Assembly (NCBI RefSeq): GCF_021028975.2
Contig: NC_059430.1
Coordinates: 70,246,001-70,310,000, forward strand
DNA length: 64,000 nucleotides
From: Sphaerodactylus townsendi
Lineage: Eukaryota
Reading direction: 5' to 3'
Shown: in pieces, positions 14,180 through 27,138 of the stretch
Numbering within the stretch: the first letter of the stretch is position 1
How the letters are laid out: every line of letters starts with the position of its first letter
Notes under the pieces: model-generated
What the model was told of the DNA's origin: nothing
Database searches by the model: none
The model's input: only the letters and a program-made list of their open reading frames with translations
Position numbers and translations under genes: made by a program

Positions 14180-14431
14180 AAAAAGTCACAATTCAATATT
14201 TGTTGTAAAGAATTGAGAGAATAGGTTAATGTGCCTGTCACAGAAGTCACAGAAAAGTAGTTCCTGTCTCTTTGAAGGAAGGGATGGGAATCACCCAAAC
14301 AAGATGTCCTCCTGCCTCAGAAGGAGAAAGGTAAATTTTTAAAGGAAACCTTTTCTCTTCACAGTACAAATGGGAGGCACATTAACCTATTCTCTCAATT
14401 CTTTACAACAAATATTGAATTGTGACTTTTT
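14180..14431. repeat. Perfect 57-bp inverted repeat (14180-14236 / 14375-14431) enclosing an inverted DIRS left-ITR fragment
   Basis: aaaaagtcacaattc...ttaatgtgcct and its exact reverse complement; the spacer read on the minus strand contains tttctccttctgaggcaggaggacatcttgtttgggtgattccc. Confidence 0.9.
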
Positions 14432-14800
14432 AAAGGTTGGGAAAGTATTTTAGGTAAAGATTTTTCATTTTCTTTTTTCCCCTTGAAATTTATATTGGAA
14501 AGAGAGGAGTTTAAACTACTCTTTTAGATTAAGGATTTTGGATGTCTCCCTCTGTTAGTTTTCTTTCAAGTGGAATAGATAAAGTAGTTATAGGAATCTG
14601 AAGGGGAAGTAGAAAGTAGGGAGGGAGGGAAATATGGGAAGGAGGGAGGCAATATAGGATGTTTTAGTGGGGGGGGGGGTTTGAGAGAGATAGACAATTA
14701 GATATGTTTGTAACATGTTAAAAATTGTAAACAGATTTTGGTTTCTCTCTTTATTTATGTTATTATTTAAAATCAATTAATATATTTATATAAAAAAGAA
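14432..14800 (+). mobile_element. Probable LINE (L1/Tx1-like) 3' UTR fragment
   Basis: T-rich then G-rich tract ending in an A-rich tail (tataaaaaagaaa); compositional resemblance only. Confidence 0.35.
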
Positions 14801-14859
14801 ATAATACACTACCATATGGTATATTGCTTTTTTAATACTTTAAACAGACATTATTTGAG

Positions 14860-15060
14860 TCTAGAGGCGGGGTGAAGGAGAACTGCACCTGGGGCGCGCA
14901 CGCCCTGCGTCCTTGCCACAGCCCCACCCAGGAATGCTTCACTCCCGGAATGCCTGGCGACACCCCCATTGTGCCCCGCCCAGCCCCATTGGCGCTACGC
15001 CACTTTTTGAATCCCACCATCATCAGAACCTGTTTCTAAAATTTTTGAATCCCACCACTG
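14860..15060. mobile_element. hAT MITE fragments (one terminus)
   Basis: GC-rich segment ending gctacgccact, followed by ...tttttgaatcccaccactg, a CAGTGGTGGGATTC-type TIR. The partner TIR was not found. Confidence 0.5.
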
Positions 15061-15367
15061 AAGTTAAGATTATGTTCCATATATTTTGTTTCTTGTCTCT
15101 TATCTTTTTATATTGGTTTATCAGTTATATGCTAGTTGCATTACAGGTATTGTTGTGGTTATTAAGTTATTGAAGTTAGAGTTGCTAAAGAACCACTACA
15201 GGAAAGATACGAACTGAAGCAGGATGATTCCCACCCAAGGAGACAGGAAGTAAAAGAAGAGTAGTTCCCGCCTTCCTGAAGGAAGGGGTGGGAATCACCC
15301 AAGCAAGATGTCCTCCTGACCCTAGAGGACAAGAACCATTTGCAGTGAGCATCCAACGGTTTGCTTC
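15061..15367 (+). mobile_element. DIRS1-like relic B: T-rich 3' region and right ITR
   Basis: ggtgggaatcacccaagcaagatgtcctcctg...gtgagcatccaacggttt parallels the right end of the intact copy (19658-19737). The matching left-ITR piece lies inverted at ~14258-14330. Confidence 0.7.
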
Positions 15368-17799
15368 CCTTTCCCCAAAACACTAATAAGAATAATTCTT
15401 TCAGAGTTTCTAAACTATCTGCAAAGACTGTTTGTTGGGACATGATGAAACTGGAATAAAGGTCTGATTTCTCCAGACAGTTCCAAGAACTGTAGGGACA
15501 AAAACACAAAATAATTGATTCAACTCACTGGGATAAACCTGAAAATAATGCTAGACCCATTGAATTATTCATGCTATCTAACAGCTATATCTTTATTACT
15601 GTGGTAGTGTCAGAAAATGATTATATCAAACCCAGTTTTCTAATTACAAAGTGAGCTCATTAATGAGCTGACTTTTTTCTGAATTAAATGTAGCACAATT
15701 CTTCTCCCCTGAGCAGGAGGATATCTTTAACTTGGGTGATTCCCACCACTTTCCAAGAGGCAGGATATGAATTTTCGGCTTCCTGTTTCTGGTGAGTCAC
15801 CCCCTCCTCCTCCTCTCAATTTATTTCCTGCCTCTGAGGGAGCAGTCCTTAGTTTACTATACTGCTCATTGCTCCCCCTTCTCCTTTATTTTACTTCATT
15901 TAGTGTTTTAGCCAGCAGTGTCTGCACCCGACTTTATCCAAACTCCAGCGGCACATTTACAGCTATATCTTGGATGCAGCCAAGCAGCAGTCACTGGCAG
16001 GCTTTTCTGGGCAACGGCATGACTGAGAGCAACTTCAACGAGTGCTTCCTTTCTGAGGACTACCCTACCTTCAATCACTCCTTTTGGACACAACATTCCC
16101 TTCCCAAGTTCCGACAGGACTCCAAAAGAAGCAGTTAGCCCTCCCAAAGATTTTTCTTCAAGAAAAATCCCTTTCCCAGGAAGTTCTTCTCTAAAGGAGA
16201 TAGACCTGAAGGGGAGGGGTACTCTGGTAAAGCATGACTCAATATCCCCTCCAGTGTGGGGCAGACTACTCTTGTTCCAAGGACAATGGATCCAATCCAA
16301 CTCAGACTCCTGGGCCATTGAGGTGGTCACGAGCAGCTATACCATAGAGTTCCTGCATACCCTTCTGGAGTGGCTTCTAAAGTCTCCAGTCCCCACAACC
16401 AAACCAAGTGCAGGAGAATCTTCCTGGCAATAGAACATCTCAAGGACATTCATGCATGTGAGGAAGTGCCCCTGCAGGAGAAAGAATGAGGAGTCTACTC
16501 CATATTCTTCATGGTTCCCAAATGGAACAGAAATTGGCAGACCATCTTGGATCTGAAATTCATCCACAAATTTGTCAAACTGTGCCACTTTCACATGGGG
16601 ACTCTCATCCATTTCAGAAGCTCTTCCTCCAGGGGAATACGTTACTTCAGTAGACCTGTCAGAGGCTTACCTGCATGTCCTGATGTTCCAAGGCCACTCA
16701 CGGTTTCTCTGGTTTTGCTTTGCAGACCAGTGCTTCCGGTTTTGAGCCCTACCCTTCAGTCTCTCCTCAGCACCCATAGGGTTTTCCAAGATTATGATCA
16801 ACATCATTGTGATCCTCTGAGATCAGGGCATTCATATCCACCCTTATCTGGACAATTTGCTTATCCTGGCTCCCTCTCTTTCACAGGTGATGAGAGACCA
16901 TTGTCTGTCTTGAGGAGCATGGCTTTTTAGTCAGCTTCTCCAAAAGCTCTCTACATCTTACCCAGGTTCTGGAATATCTGGGAGTACTGATAGACACCAC
17001 TCAATGCAAGTTTTGTGTTACAGAGAAGGCAAAAAAGGCAGAGTAAATGATCCTGGCGAGCCTCATGGGTGTTCACATAGCCAATATAGTGGCCATACGG
17101 TGGGGCAGATTTCACTCCAGCGCTATTCAATATTTCCTCTGCCCATTTCAGCTTTGTATTGTTTGAAAAGTCAATATGTCACTTGTGCTACCCAGGCCAG
17201 TCAAGGGGTCTCTGGTCTGGTAAACCAAGTGCAGCAACATTATACAGGGGAAGACTTGCTGGCCCTCACATGTCAAACGGATCTTCACTGTCACAAGCCT
17301 GTCAAACTGGGGAGTTACCCTAGAAAGGACACCGGCACAGTGTCAGTGGTCAGCACAGGAATCAAAGCTTCCGATCAACTGCCTTGAACTCAGTGTCACC
17401 CATCTCTCTCTGCTGGCCCTCAGTCACCCCATTTGGGGCTCCCATGTACTCATAAGGACCGACAGCATATCGGTCAAGTTGCACATAAACTGTCAGGGGG
17501 GTTCTAGGTCAAATATTCCCCACAAGTAGGCCTCCATCCTTCTATCTTGAGCTGAGAAGAACATCTCTTCCATCAGGGCTGAGTACATATGAGGCATTTC
17601 CAAGTGTCAAGCTGATTGGGTCAGCAGGCAGAGTCTCCAGGATGGGGAGTGGATGCTGAACAAGGAAGTCTTCCTGTTGATTTGTGGCACTCTCAGCCAT
17701 CCAGAAGTGGACCTCTTTACCTCTCCCGCAGACCATCAAATTCTGTGATTCTTCTCCTGATTCTTTTATTCATCAGTGGAAGCCATGGATGCCCTAACA

Positions 17800-17932
17800 C
17801 CGTGGTGGCAAACCTTTGGCACTCCAGATGTTATGGACTACAATTCCCATCAGCCCCAATTGGCCATGCTGGCAGGGGCTGATGGGAATTGTAGTCCATA
17901 ACATCTGGAGTGCCAAAGGTTCGCCACCGCTG
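17800..17932. mobile_element. Palindromic hAT MITE inside DIRS methyltransferase-like domain
   Basis: Long TIRs (gtggcaaacctttggcactccagatgttatggactacaattcccatcagcccc and reverse complement); exact TSD ccctaaca (17792-17799, 17933-17940). Confidence 0.9.
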
Positions 17933-19244
17933 CCCTAACAGCTTCATGGCCTACAGCTCTGCTCTATGCATTCCCCTGGTCCGGTTCTACCCAAGTTGCT
18001 GTAGAGAGTGAGAATGCTTGGGTGGATGTTAAAGTGATAGCTCCTCTATGGCTACAGAGAATCTGGTTCTCCTCTCTTCAGGAGTTGTCAGTCAGTCAAC
18101 CACTGATTCTTCCTGTCCGCAGGGTCCCATCTACCATCACGACCTGGCCTGGTGGCGCTTGACCATCTGGAGATTGAGAGGAGTCACTTCTCAAGCTTAG
18201 GCGACTTTTCTGAGGTTACTGACACCATTATGTCCTCATGTCGTAGGCAAATTAACAGGATATATGAAGGCCTTTGTTTTCTGGTGTCTTTGGAAGTTTG
18301 TTGACCCATGTAGCCCAGGCACATCCAATATCCTACACTTTCTGCAGGATGGCATCCATTCTGGTCTCCAGGCCTCTACCCTGTGATGCCAATTAGCAGC
18401 CATTTTCACAGTGTTACCCTCCTGCGATGTCTGGACCACGTCAAAGCACCCTCATCTAATTCGGTTTCTTAAAGGAGCAGCAGCCAAAGACAAGGATGTT
18501 TATCACAGGTTTCCTACTTGGAAGCTAACACGGTGTTGGCAGCATTAACCAAGCCTCCCTTTGAACCAATAGGGGACAGTTCACTCAGACATCTTAGGCT
18601 TAAGAAATTTTCCTAGTGGTCGTGACCTTGGCCCACCACATTTCTGAGTTAATGGACCTCTCTATAGATTCTACCTTGTACATCTTTCACAAGAATAAAG
18701 AGGTATTGCATACCAATCCACTATTCCATCCCAAAGTAGACTCCAGGTTTCATAGACAGGAGGAAATTTACCTTCCCTCCTTTTGCCCTGACCCAAAACC
18801 TCCTCAGTAAAAGTCTGGCATATCCTAGATGTTAGGAGAATCCTTGAGGGCTACATCCTTAAAACTGAGAGCATTAGAAGAGCAGATGCTATGTTTATAT
18901 CGCTTATTCCTCCCAACAAGGGAAAAAAGATCTCCAGCCGTACCACTAAGAAGTGCCTCCGGGAATGCATTTTGGAGGCTTACTGAGCTTTGGGATTAGT
19001 CCCTCCTGGGGGAATCGTGCACATTTCATGAGGACAGCTGTCATTAACGCTGCACTGGCTAGCAATGTCTCAGTTCAGGAAATATGTAGAGTGGCCACCT
19101 GGTCTTCTGTCTCCACCTTCACCAGGCATTACAAGATTAACAAATACAGTGCTGCAGATGCGGCCTTTGGCTGCAAGGTTCTACAGCACATTTTGCCTCC
19201 TCAAAATGGACCCACCTGGATAAGGGGACACTGCTTTAAAAGGT

Positions 19245-19335
19245 CCCAATTTAAAGATGTCCTCCTCAGTGGAGAACAACCATTGGACACCTGGCATGAA
19301 AGGTCCTTCTCCTCTGAGCTAAGGAGAACATCTTG
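19245..19335 (+). repeat. DIRS internal complementary region (ICR) of copy C
   Basis: First half (cccaatttaaagatgtcctcctcagtggagaa) is complementary to the element's left end; second half (ccattggacac...ccttctcctctgagctaaggagaacatctt) is complementary to the right end. Confidence 0.85.
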
Positions 19336-20463
19336 CCCCCCCCCCCATGAACAGAACATCTGAGAGACAACTATTAAAAATGTGTGTGTGTGGGGGGGAA
19401 AACAGTTCCTACATGTTCAATTTCACGTTTGCCCTGTCACCTCCTTAATTCACTTAGTTGGAAGGGTTGGGATTCCTGGATCTGGAAGTTGGAAAGTACT
19501 TATTGTTCTCTTCTTCCTTCCTTGTTCTGGTTTGAGTTTTTTCTTGTTATCTGTTACTGCTTTTACTGCTCTTCAGAGGATCGAAACTAAGAGGAGGAGG
19601 GGTGACCCACCAGAAACAAGAAGCTGAAGTTTCACATCCCGTCTCTCTGGGAAAGTGGTGGGAATCACCCAAATTAAAGATGTCCTCCTTAGCTCAAAGG
19701 AGAAGGACCCTTCGTGGTAAGTGTCCAATGGTCATTTTAGGGTAATGCAAGTGTAACCCATACCAATTTCATGTGTACATTTTATTTCTATTGGAATATT
19801 TCAGACTTTAGGTCTAGGGAGTAGGAGTTAATTGAGCATGAGCAATTGTTAAGTTTGCCTATATGTAACCAACTGCACGATCCCACACAATCAGTTTGAC
19901 CTGCACCAGGAGAGGGATGGCCTAGAGCTTGACTGAGAAAATTTCTGTACAGATACATGATGGACCCAACAAAGGCGAAATGGCACGTTAGAATTTCCAC
20001 TTTGGGAGTTATAATGACTGTTAAAATAAGACCCAATATACAATTCGTGGAAACCCTTCATGGAATATCTAGATAAAACAGAAAAGAGTAAATTGATGAC
20101 TAGTGGTTCTGAAGGTTAAGGAATGTTAAAATGTGATTCAAATAGAGAAAAGTGAAACTTTTCATCAATAATGATGCTGAATATTTAATTTAATTTAAAT
20201 GGCCAAGTGCTGAAATATTAGGGGTTAATATTTGTTGGTAAAGGAAACCTGCCATCTCTAACTAACTAACTTGGCTAGTTTTTGTGTAATGTTTTGGATT
20301 TTGTCTTGAAAACACAAGACTCCTTTGCATGAATAATTTGTTCACTGTGCTGATCAATATAAATGCGTATAGGGATTTGGATCCCAAGGATAATTTGGTT
20401 ACTACACTTTTATTGCCTCAGCCTGGGGGCTGTGCTTTGTCTTACATATATGTTGGACTAGAT

Positions 20464-20565
20464 CAGGAGTCTGCAATCGGTGGCTCTCCAATTGGCCATG
20501 CTGGCAGGGGCTGATGGGAATTGTAGTCCATGAACATCTGGAGAGCCACAGGTTGCAGAACCCTG
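20464..20565. mobile_element. hAT MITE (internally deleted, related to 17800-17932)
   Basis: Termini caggagtctgcaa / ttgcagaaccctg; exact TSD gactagat (20456-20463, 20566-20573); sits in a CR1-like 3' tail remnant. Confidence 0.85.
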
Positions 20566-22329
20566 GACTAGATGATCCCTGGGATCACTTCCAGCTCTGT
20601 AGTTTCCCTGTTTCTATATAATTATGTGTCTAGGCTCATACAAACCTGGAATAATAGCTCCATTTCAGTATTTCTTCATCCCCCCCATGAAAGCTAAGGC
20701 AGTTGACTGCAAACGTTTGAAAACTGGATCCACTTACAAACTTTTTTTTTATAATTCACTTGGGAGTTAGTGAGAATTTACTTTGTGCTTGTCATCATAA
20801 ATAGGAGACTCAAGTAACACTGAAAAAACTTGTTTACTTTCCATTTTTAATATTTAAAAACATAGGAGATTTGAGCCTCATTCTGTGTTTCATAGCAGTT
20901 TCACTCATTTTTGCTAAATCAACCTAAATGTCCAACAAGAGCCACAGAGTGTCATATTCTGGTGAGTGCGTTGACAAATTTATGAATGCAAACTTTTTTT
21001 AGGCACATTCAGAAAAATATTAGATTCGAACCTTTAAATGCAATATCTGAAATGGTTCCCAGCATCTTGGCTGATGACAGAAAGTCCTACAGGAAAGAGG
21101 AGGGACCAGCAAGAAGAGTGATGAGCAGAGAACATCGGCACACTTGCTCCTCTACTCCTTGGCCTACCATCAAGAGTGTCATGACCACTTTCAGGTCCTA
21201 ATCTACAGTTTGAAAACCACATTGCCAGGGACTTCACTAGCCTGGAGCCCAATGAAGAATCAGTACCTAGAACTTACTTCCTTTGGTTTGTCATGCATAA
21301 GATGCCCCAGTGTTCTTTGTTTTCTATTATGGTGATACTTTTAAAGTTAAATGATCAAAGAGGAACTGGAGGGTGGGAACTTAAATTAGAGAATTTGTAA
21401 GTGGGACTAGTACCAATATACATCAAAAGCCTGAATTAAATTTCCACCCCAAATTGGGAAGTGACATGTCTTACATCATTTACTTTTCTGTATGTATGAA
21501 TTTCATACTTTTGGGTGGTGATTTTTTCATTTAACATGATTACAGCTTTTCTGCCCATTCTGTGAAATACTGAGCTTTCAAGCACTCTGGAAGCCATGTG
21601 TGTCAAATGTTAACAGCATTTGCACAGAGTGAAACATGTCATTAGGACATGTACTGGTATTGTAAGCTCTGAGCATTTATAATAAACTTTATTATAAGCT
21701 TCCAGAGGAAGCCTGACAAATTTATTTTTGTAAATGAAACAGTGTGAAGCTATGGACACAGGACTTTCACATTTCTATTGCCTTGTAATGTCAGTGTTTA
21801 TCTCTGCAGGAGAACAGGTGTGTCTAAATACAGCACTTTTGCAAATATTTGTACAGTCTTCCTTTCTGTAGCTGTTTTTTCCACTGTTTATGGGTGGACT
21901 GTTCTGATTGATGTGATAGTCAGTAATGCAGTTTGAGCTTTTTTGATGCAACATTTATCTGTCCTTCTCAGCTGCCCATACTTGTACTTTTGACTTGAAT
22001 TCAAAAGTTAAATTTGTTGTTTTGAAATGTCTGTTTAATAAAACAAGTTAACATTTTAAAACATAAGATGACAATTGCATCTAATCAGTAGCCGTTGTAC
22101 AAGTTTGACATTTAATAATGAAAGAAAATAATAACTGTAATAGATCTATGTTGCACTTTCCTGAAATGGTTAAGTGTCTGTTTCTAAATTTTTAGTGAAC
22201 ATATGAAGGCATCGGTAGATGTAGTTCAGTTGGAGTAATATGGAATTTGATCATTCTTGGAGTATGAAAAACAGCAATTGGGGTTTGAGCTGTGATGCTC
22301 TTGCTTGATTCTTTGCTGATAAAATCTCT

Positions 22330-22470
22330 GGCCCCTTCCGCACACGCAAAATAATGCATTTTCAAACCACTTTCACAATTGTTTGCAAGTGGATTTTGCC
22401 ATTCCGCACAGCTTCAAAGAGCATTGAAAGCAGTTTGAAAGTTCATTAATCTGCATGTGCGGAATGAGCC
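22330..22470. mobile_element. Short palindromic MITE (PIF/Harbinger-like)
   Basis: Reverse-orientation copy of 7215-7355; 3-bp TSD tct on both sides. Confidence 0.8.
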
Positions 22471-23427
22471 TCTGATAAGATTCAGTAATGCTGCCTTGCC
22501 CTGTTTATATTGATAACTTTATTTTATATTGATTGTTTGTTAGCTGTTCTCAGTAGATGTTGACAAGTAGTGTTAACATTATGCACTGTGACCTGCAGTG
22601 TTAAAATGAGAGTTCCCTGAATTAATACCCTAAATTAGTTTTTTTCAAAATAAGTTTTCCAAACCTCTGAAAGAAGCCGTAATTACCATAAATCTGAAGA
22701 AACCTTTTCAGAAAAAATAGCTTTGGCCAGTTATAAATCTGTGTCAATTTGCCCTATTTATGGAAAGCTATTGAACAGGAGTGATGGAATATTAGGATTT
22801 ATCAGATAGCATTTCCTTTGTTGATCCTTTTTCCAGTCCTGCTTCAGGCATGGTTTTGGGACTGAGAGCTTTGTTTTCTGTGGCAAACCCACAGTATAAA
22901 GTTATTCTGGTACTATGTGATCTATAAGGTAGAATATTTAATATGCCAGAGATAATTGGAGACTAGCATCGATATTAGATTGAATTCATTTCAGTCTTTT
23001 TTGGTGCGAGTATACTCAAGAAGTTGTCATCAAGAATGCTGAATTTGCTTGTAGCATTTGTGTTGAATACAATACGGGATTAAATTTTGTCCCCTGTGCC
23101 ATATAGTATGCTCTCTCCACAGGGCAACTGTTCCTAATATCACTGTTAATAGTGAAATCTGTGCATATTCATTCATTCATTCATTCTATTTATAACCCGC
23201 CCTCCCACAAAGGGGATAAACAACTAATTTGAATGGCTAGATCCCTCACAATCGATGTTGCATGTATATCCCCGAGCATAATTGCTCCAGTGTTTAGAAT
23301 TAGTCACCTTTTAGGAATGAAAGGCCTGCTAGAAATCACAACTGGACCTTGGCTACACCAGGCATCAGTGTTGCTTTCTGTTGGGTGTTTTGAAAACTAA
23401 TATAGACTCAAGCAGAAAGAATGTCTT

Positions 23428-23580
23428 GTCAAAGGCTTTCACGGCTGGATTCAACTGGATGTTGTGGGTTTTCCAGGCTGTGTGGCCGAGGTCTGGTAGA
23501 TCTCGTTCCTAATGTTTCGCCTGCATCTGTGGCTGGCATCTTCAGAGGTATATCACAGAGATATCTCTGTGTGATATCTC
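23428..23580 (-). mobile_element. Penelope-like element terminal fragment
   Basis: aggctttcacggctggattcaactgg...gtttcgcctgcatctgtggctggcatcttcagagg resembles squamate Penelope ends. Confidence 0.75.
23505..23549 (-). ncRNA. Minimal hammerhead ribozyme motif in Penelope end (probably degenerate)
   Basis: Minus strand cct-CTGAAGA-tGCC(loop)GGC-GAAAC-ATTA-gg: CUGANGA and GAAA core boxes, stem II GCC/GGC, short stem I. Confidence 0.6.
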
Positions 23581-24973
23581 CACTTAGAATTGCTAATGAT
23601 AATTCTCTGACCAAACATTGGGCAGTATCCATGGTACTTTCCAGGGTGACAGTGATTTCCCTCTCTCATACCAGATAGCTGGTCTATGTATGTCCATTTG
23701 ATGGTCTTCCTCTTAGCCCAGTCATTTGTGTAAGATACTCTCTTTACTACTGGGCAAAGGAGGTTTTACCTCAGAAGTGCTTCTGAGGATTATTGGGTTA
23801 CCCTTGGATTTCAACTGAGCTTTTCGTTTGCAAGATCGACACTCCAGAACATGAATAACATCTTAAAATATGCTCAGTTTTGAACGCTCAGTTATGTCAG
23901 GCAAACATTGTTTTGAATTGTCTGCCGAAGGCATTCAAATGTGTAATGGTGTGCTTTTTAATAGTACAAATTACATCTATCAAAATGTGATATTAAGCTT
24001 AGTAAATTTTACTTTCAAATGCCATTATCTGAATTTAGGATAGCTTGAAGACGTTCTACATTTTTGAATGCGTTAGGAAATATTTTTTCTTTGTGCAATA
24101 ATAAAAAATATCTAGACAAAGTAGATCTGTGATTGTAACATTTTTTGACAAGCACATTGGACTGTAGAAAGAGCATCCAACTTGGGGCTTGGGGCATATG
24201 TTGCTACCTTCTGCTAGCATAGGTCCAAAATAAGTCACCGTTTGCTGGGGGTTAGGCTCCTGATTTTAGATCAGAGAAAACTAAATTGTTGTATTTTCAG
24301 AAGTTATATATTAAAATATATAATGTAAACAGGGTTGTGCATAAAGATGCTGTGGCTGGTTTCCTATGTATATTTTTCAGTTCAATCCACAGCTGACCAA
24401 AAAATGCTGCTGTAGTCCTAAACTGAAAGTGCAGTTCAGTCTACAAAAAACATTTAAATATTTGCATTTAAGACTTAAATGGGCTTTCCCAGATTATTTA
24501 ATAAACATCTGGTGATAATGAGCCATTGTTCTATCTTCTAGCTTGGAAGGTGATGGTGGCAGGTAATAGCTGTAGTCTTGTGCTGTTTTTACATCACAGA
24601 ACTAAGGTAGCTGCACTTACTGCAGTCTCAGATGTATAAATCTAATACCTTGAGTCTATTCTTGTTTATTGAATGAAACTTGCTTTCCAGGAAGTGTGGC
24701 TATTTTATTTATTTAAGCATTTTTATCCTACCTTTTCCATGGCTTATGGCATACAAAATGGCAGGTTGTCTGTAAGCAGTAAAGAACCAGTTTTCAGCTT
24801 TCGTAGTGCAAATCTGTGTTTTCATAGGGTTGGTATATGAAGGCTATATTGGTTTCCAGTCTTTAGCTTTGAAAATGTAGACTGGAAGCGCCCAGAACCC
24901 TCCGAGGGTGGGCAGTTTATTAAATTTTAACAACAACAACAACAACAACAACAACAATAACAATAATAACAAC

Positions 24974-27138
24974 CAGTTTGTATCCAACAATGGCCAAGCA
25001 GTTCAATGAAGCCATGCAAAATGGTGAAATTGATCAATGGCTAACAACTGGGAAGACATACTTGATTCAGAAAGATCCAGCTAAAGGACCAACACCAGGA
25101 AATTACAGGCCAATAACATGTTTACCCACAGTGCTCAAACTGCTCACTAGCATAATAGCAGATAACATCATGGACTACTTGGAAGCAAATAGCATCCTGC
25201 CAGTGGAGCAAAAAGGGAACAAAAGAAGGAGCAGGGGTACAAAAGATCAACTCCTGATAGACAAAATTATAATGGACAACTGTAAGAATTGAAGAACAAA
25301 TTTGCATATGGTCTGGATCGATTACAAGAAGGCATTTGACACACTGCCCCATAGTTGGATCATGAAATGCTTGGAAACAGTTGGCATCAGCAAAAACATT
25401 CGAGTATTCACTGAAAAAGTGATGAGACAATGGAAAACTGAACAGACAGTCGGAAATGAAAACTTCAGAACAGTCACCATTGAGCGAGGAATTTTCCAAG
25501 GTGATTCACTATCACCTTTACTGTTTATCATTGCCATGATCCCACTAACAGCAATTTTAAAGAAAACAAAGTTGGGCTATCAAATGGCCAAAGACTTGGA
25601 AAAAATCTCACATTTGCTGTACATGGATGATTTGAAATTGTATGGGAAATCAGACACAGAAATCCAGTCACTAGTAAACACAGTCCGAATATTCAGCACA
25701 GACATTTCGATGGAGTTTGGCCTGGAAAAGTGCACTACTGTGACAATAAAGAGGGACAAGATCACCAAGAGTGGTGGGATTGAAATGCCTGATGGCTAAC
25801 TCATCAAGTGCAACCAAGAGGCAGCTTATAAATACCTGGGCATTTTGCAGCTGGATAACATCAAGCACGAGCGAGTAAAGACTGTTGTCAGCAGAGAGTA
25901 CGCCCAGAGGGTCAGGAAAATTTTGAAATCTAAATTAAATGGCGGGAATACCATCAAGGCCATCAACACCTGGGCCATACCCTTCATCAAGTACACTGCA
26001 GGAATCATCTACTGGACACAGGCTGAGTTGGATGCATTGGATAGAAAAACTCGGAAGCTTATGATAATGCACCATGCTTTACACCCACCCAATGATCCTG
26101 ACAGATTATACCTTCCCCGGAGATCTGGTGGCAAAGGCTTACTGCAAGTACAGTAAACAGTGGAAGAGGAGAAGCATGCACTGGCCGATTATGTGAAGGA
26201 AAGTCAAGAACAGGCATTGATTGAAGTGAAGAGCAGATATTTTCTGAAGACCCAGAAAACCAAACAAGAATACAGAAAAAATGTGATTAAAATGAGGACT
26301 GAAAGCTGGCACAACAAAGCACTGCATGTCCATTTCTGGAGAAAATCAAGGACAAGGTGGAAAACAAAAAGACCTGGCTGTGGTTAACAACTGGTACTCT
26401 GAAAAAGGAAACTGAATCCCTGATTTTAGCTGCCCTAGAGCAAGCCATTAGAACAGATTCAATCGAGGTCAAAATCAAAAAATCCTCGGATGATGCAAAA
26501 TGCAGATTGTGTAAAGAAGCTGATGAAACTGTAGATCATGTCCTCAGCTGCTGCACAAAGATTGCCCAGACTGAGTACAGAGACACAACTCACTGGCCAA
26601 GATGATCCATTGGAATTTATGCAAGGATTACATCATAAGACCAGCTAAAAACTGGTGGGAACATTGTCCAGAGAAAGTAATGGAAAATGACAAGGTCAAG
26701 ATCCTGTGGGACTTTCGAATCCAAATGGACAAAGTGTTGAAACACAATACACCAGACATCACCGTGATCGAGGACAAGAAAGTGAGCATCATCGACATAG
26801 CAGTTCCCGGTGACAGCAGGGTCATTGAAAAAGAACACGAGAAGGTCACTAGATACCACAATTTGAAAATCGAGCTTCAGCATCTATGGCACAAACTAGC
26901 TGAGGTCGTCCCAGTGGTAATCGGCACGTTGGGCGCCATCCCGAAAACACTAGGGCAGCACTTGAAACATTTTCGAATTGACAAAATTGGCATTGGTCAA
27001 ATTCAGAGGGCAGCCCTGCTGGGATCTGCACGAATACTACACCGATATATTACAACTTCCCAAGCCTCTGGGTGAGGCTCGAATGGTAATGAAGGCCAAC
27101 AACCAGCTAAAGATCTGGCAGCTGTGAAATCTACCACC

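Larger units (their letters stand above)
15699..19737 (+). mobile_element. DIRS1-like retrotransposon C with left ITR, ICR and right ITR intact; gag largely deleted; RT/RNase H/methyltransferase-like/YR decayed
   Basis: Left ITR ttctcccctgagcaggaggatatctttaacttgggtgattcccaccactttcc is inverse to right ITR ggaaagtggtgggaatcacccaaattaaagatgtcctcc. Peptides YSIFFMVPKWN..ILDLK, HPYLDN, VDLFTS..DAL..LLYAFP, and EICRVATWSSVSTFTRHY. Confidence 0.92.
22690..23720 (+). mobile_element. Old L2 LINE RT fragment
   Basis: Decayed equivalents of NYRPVSNLPFLGK (~22730) and DPFQSGFRPGFGTETAL (~22823-22870). Boundaries approximate. Confidence 0.55.

Noticed and set aside
20896-20961. Exon candidate (catag|cag...ctg|gtgagt)
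   Set aside because: No recognisable peptide and no partner exons; splice-like motifs alone are insufficient.
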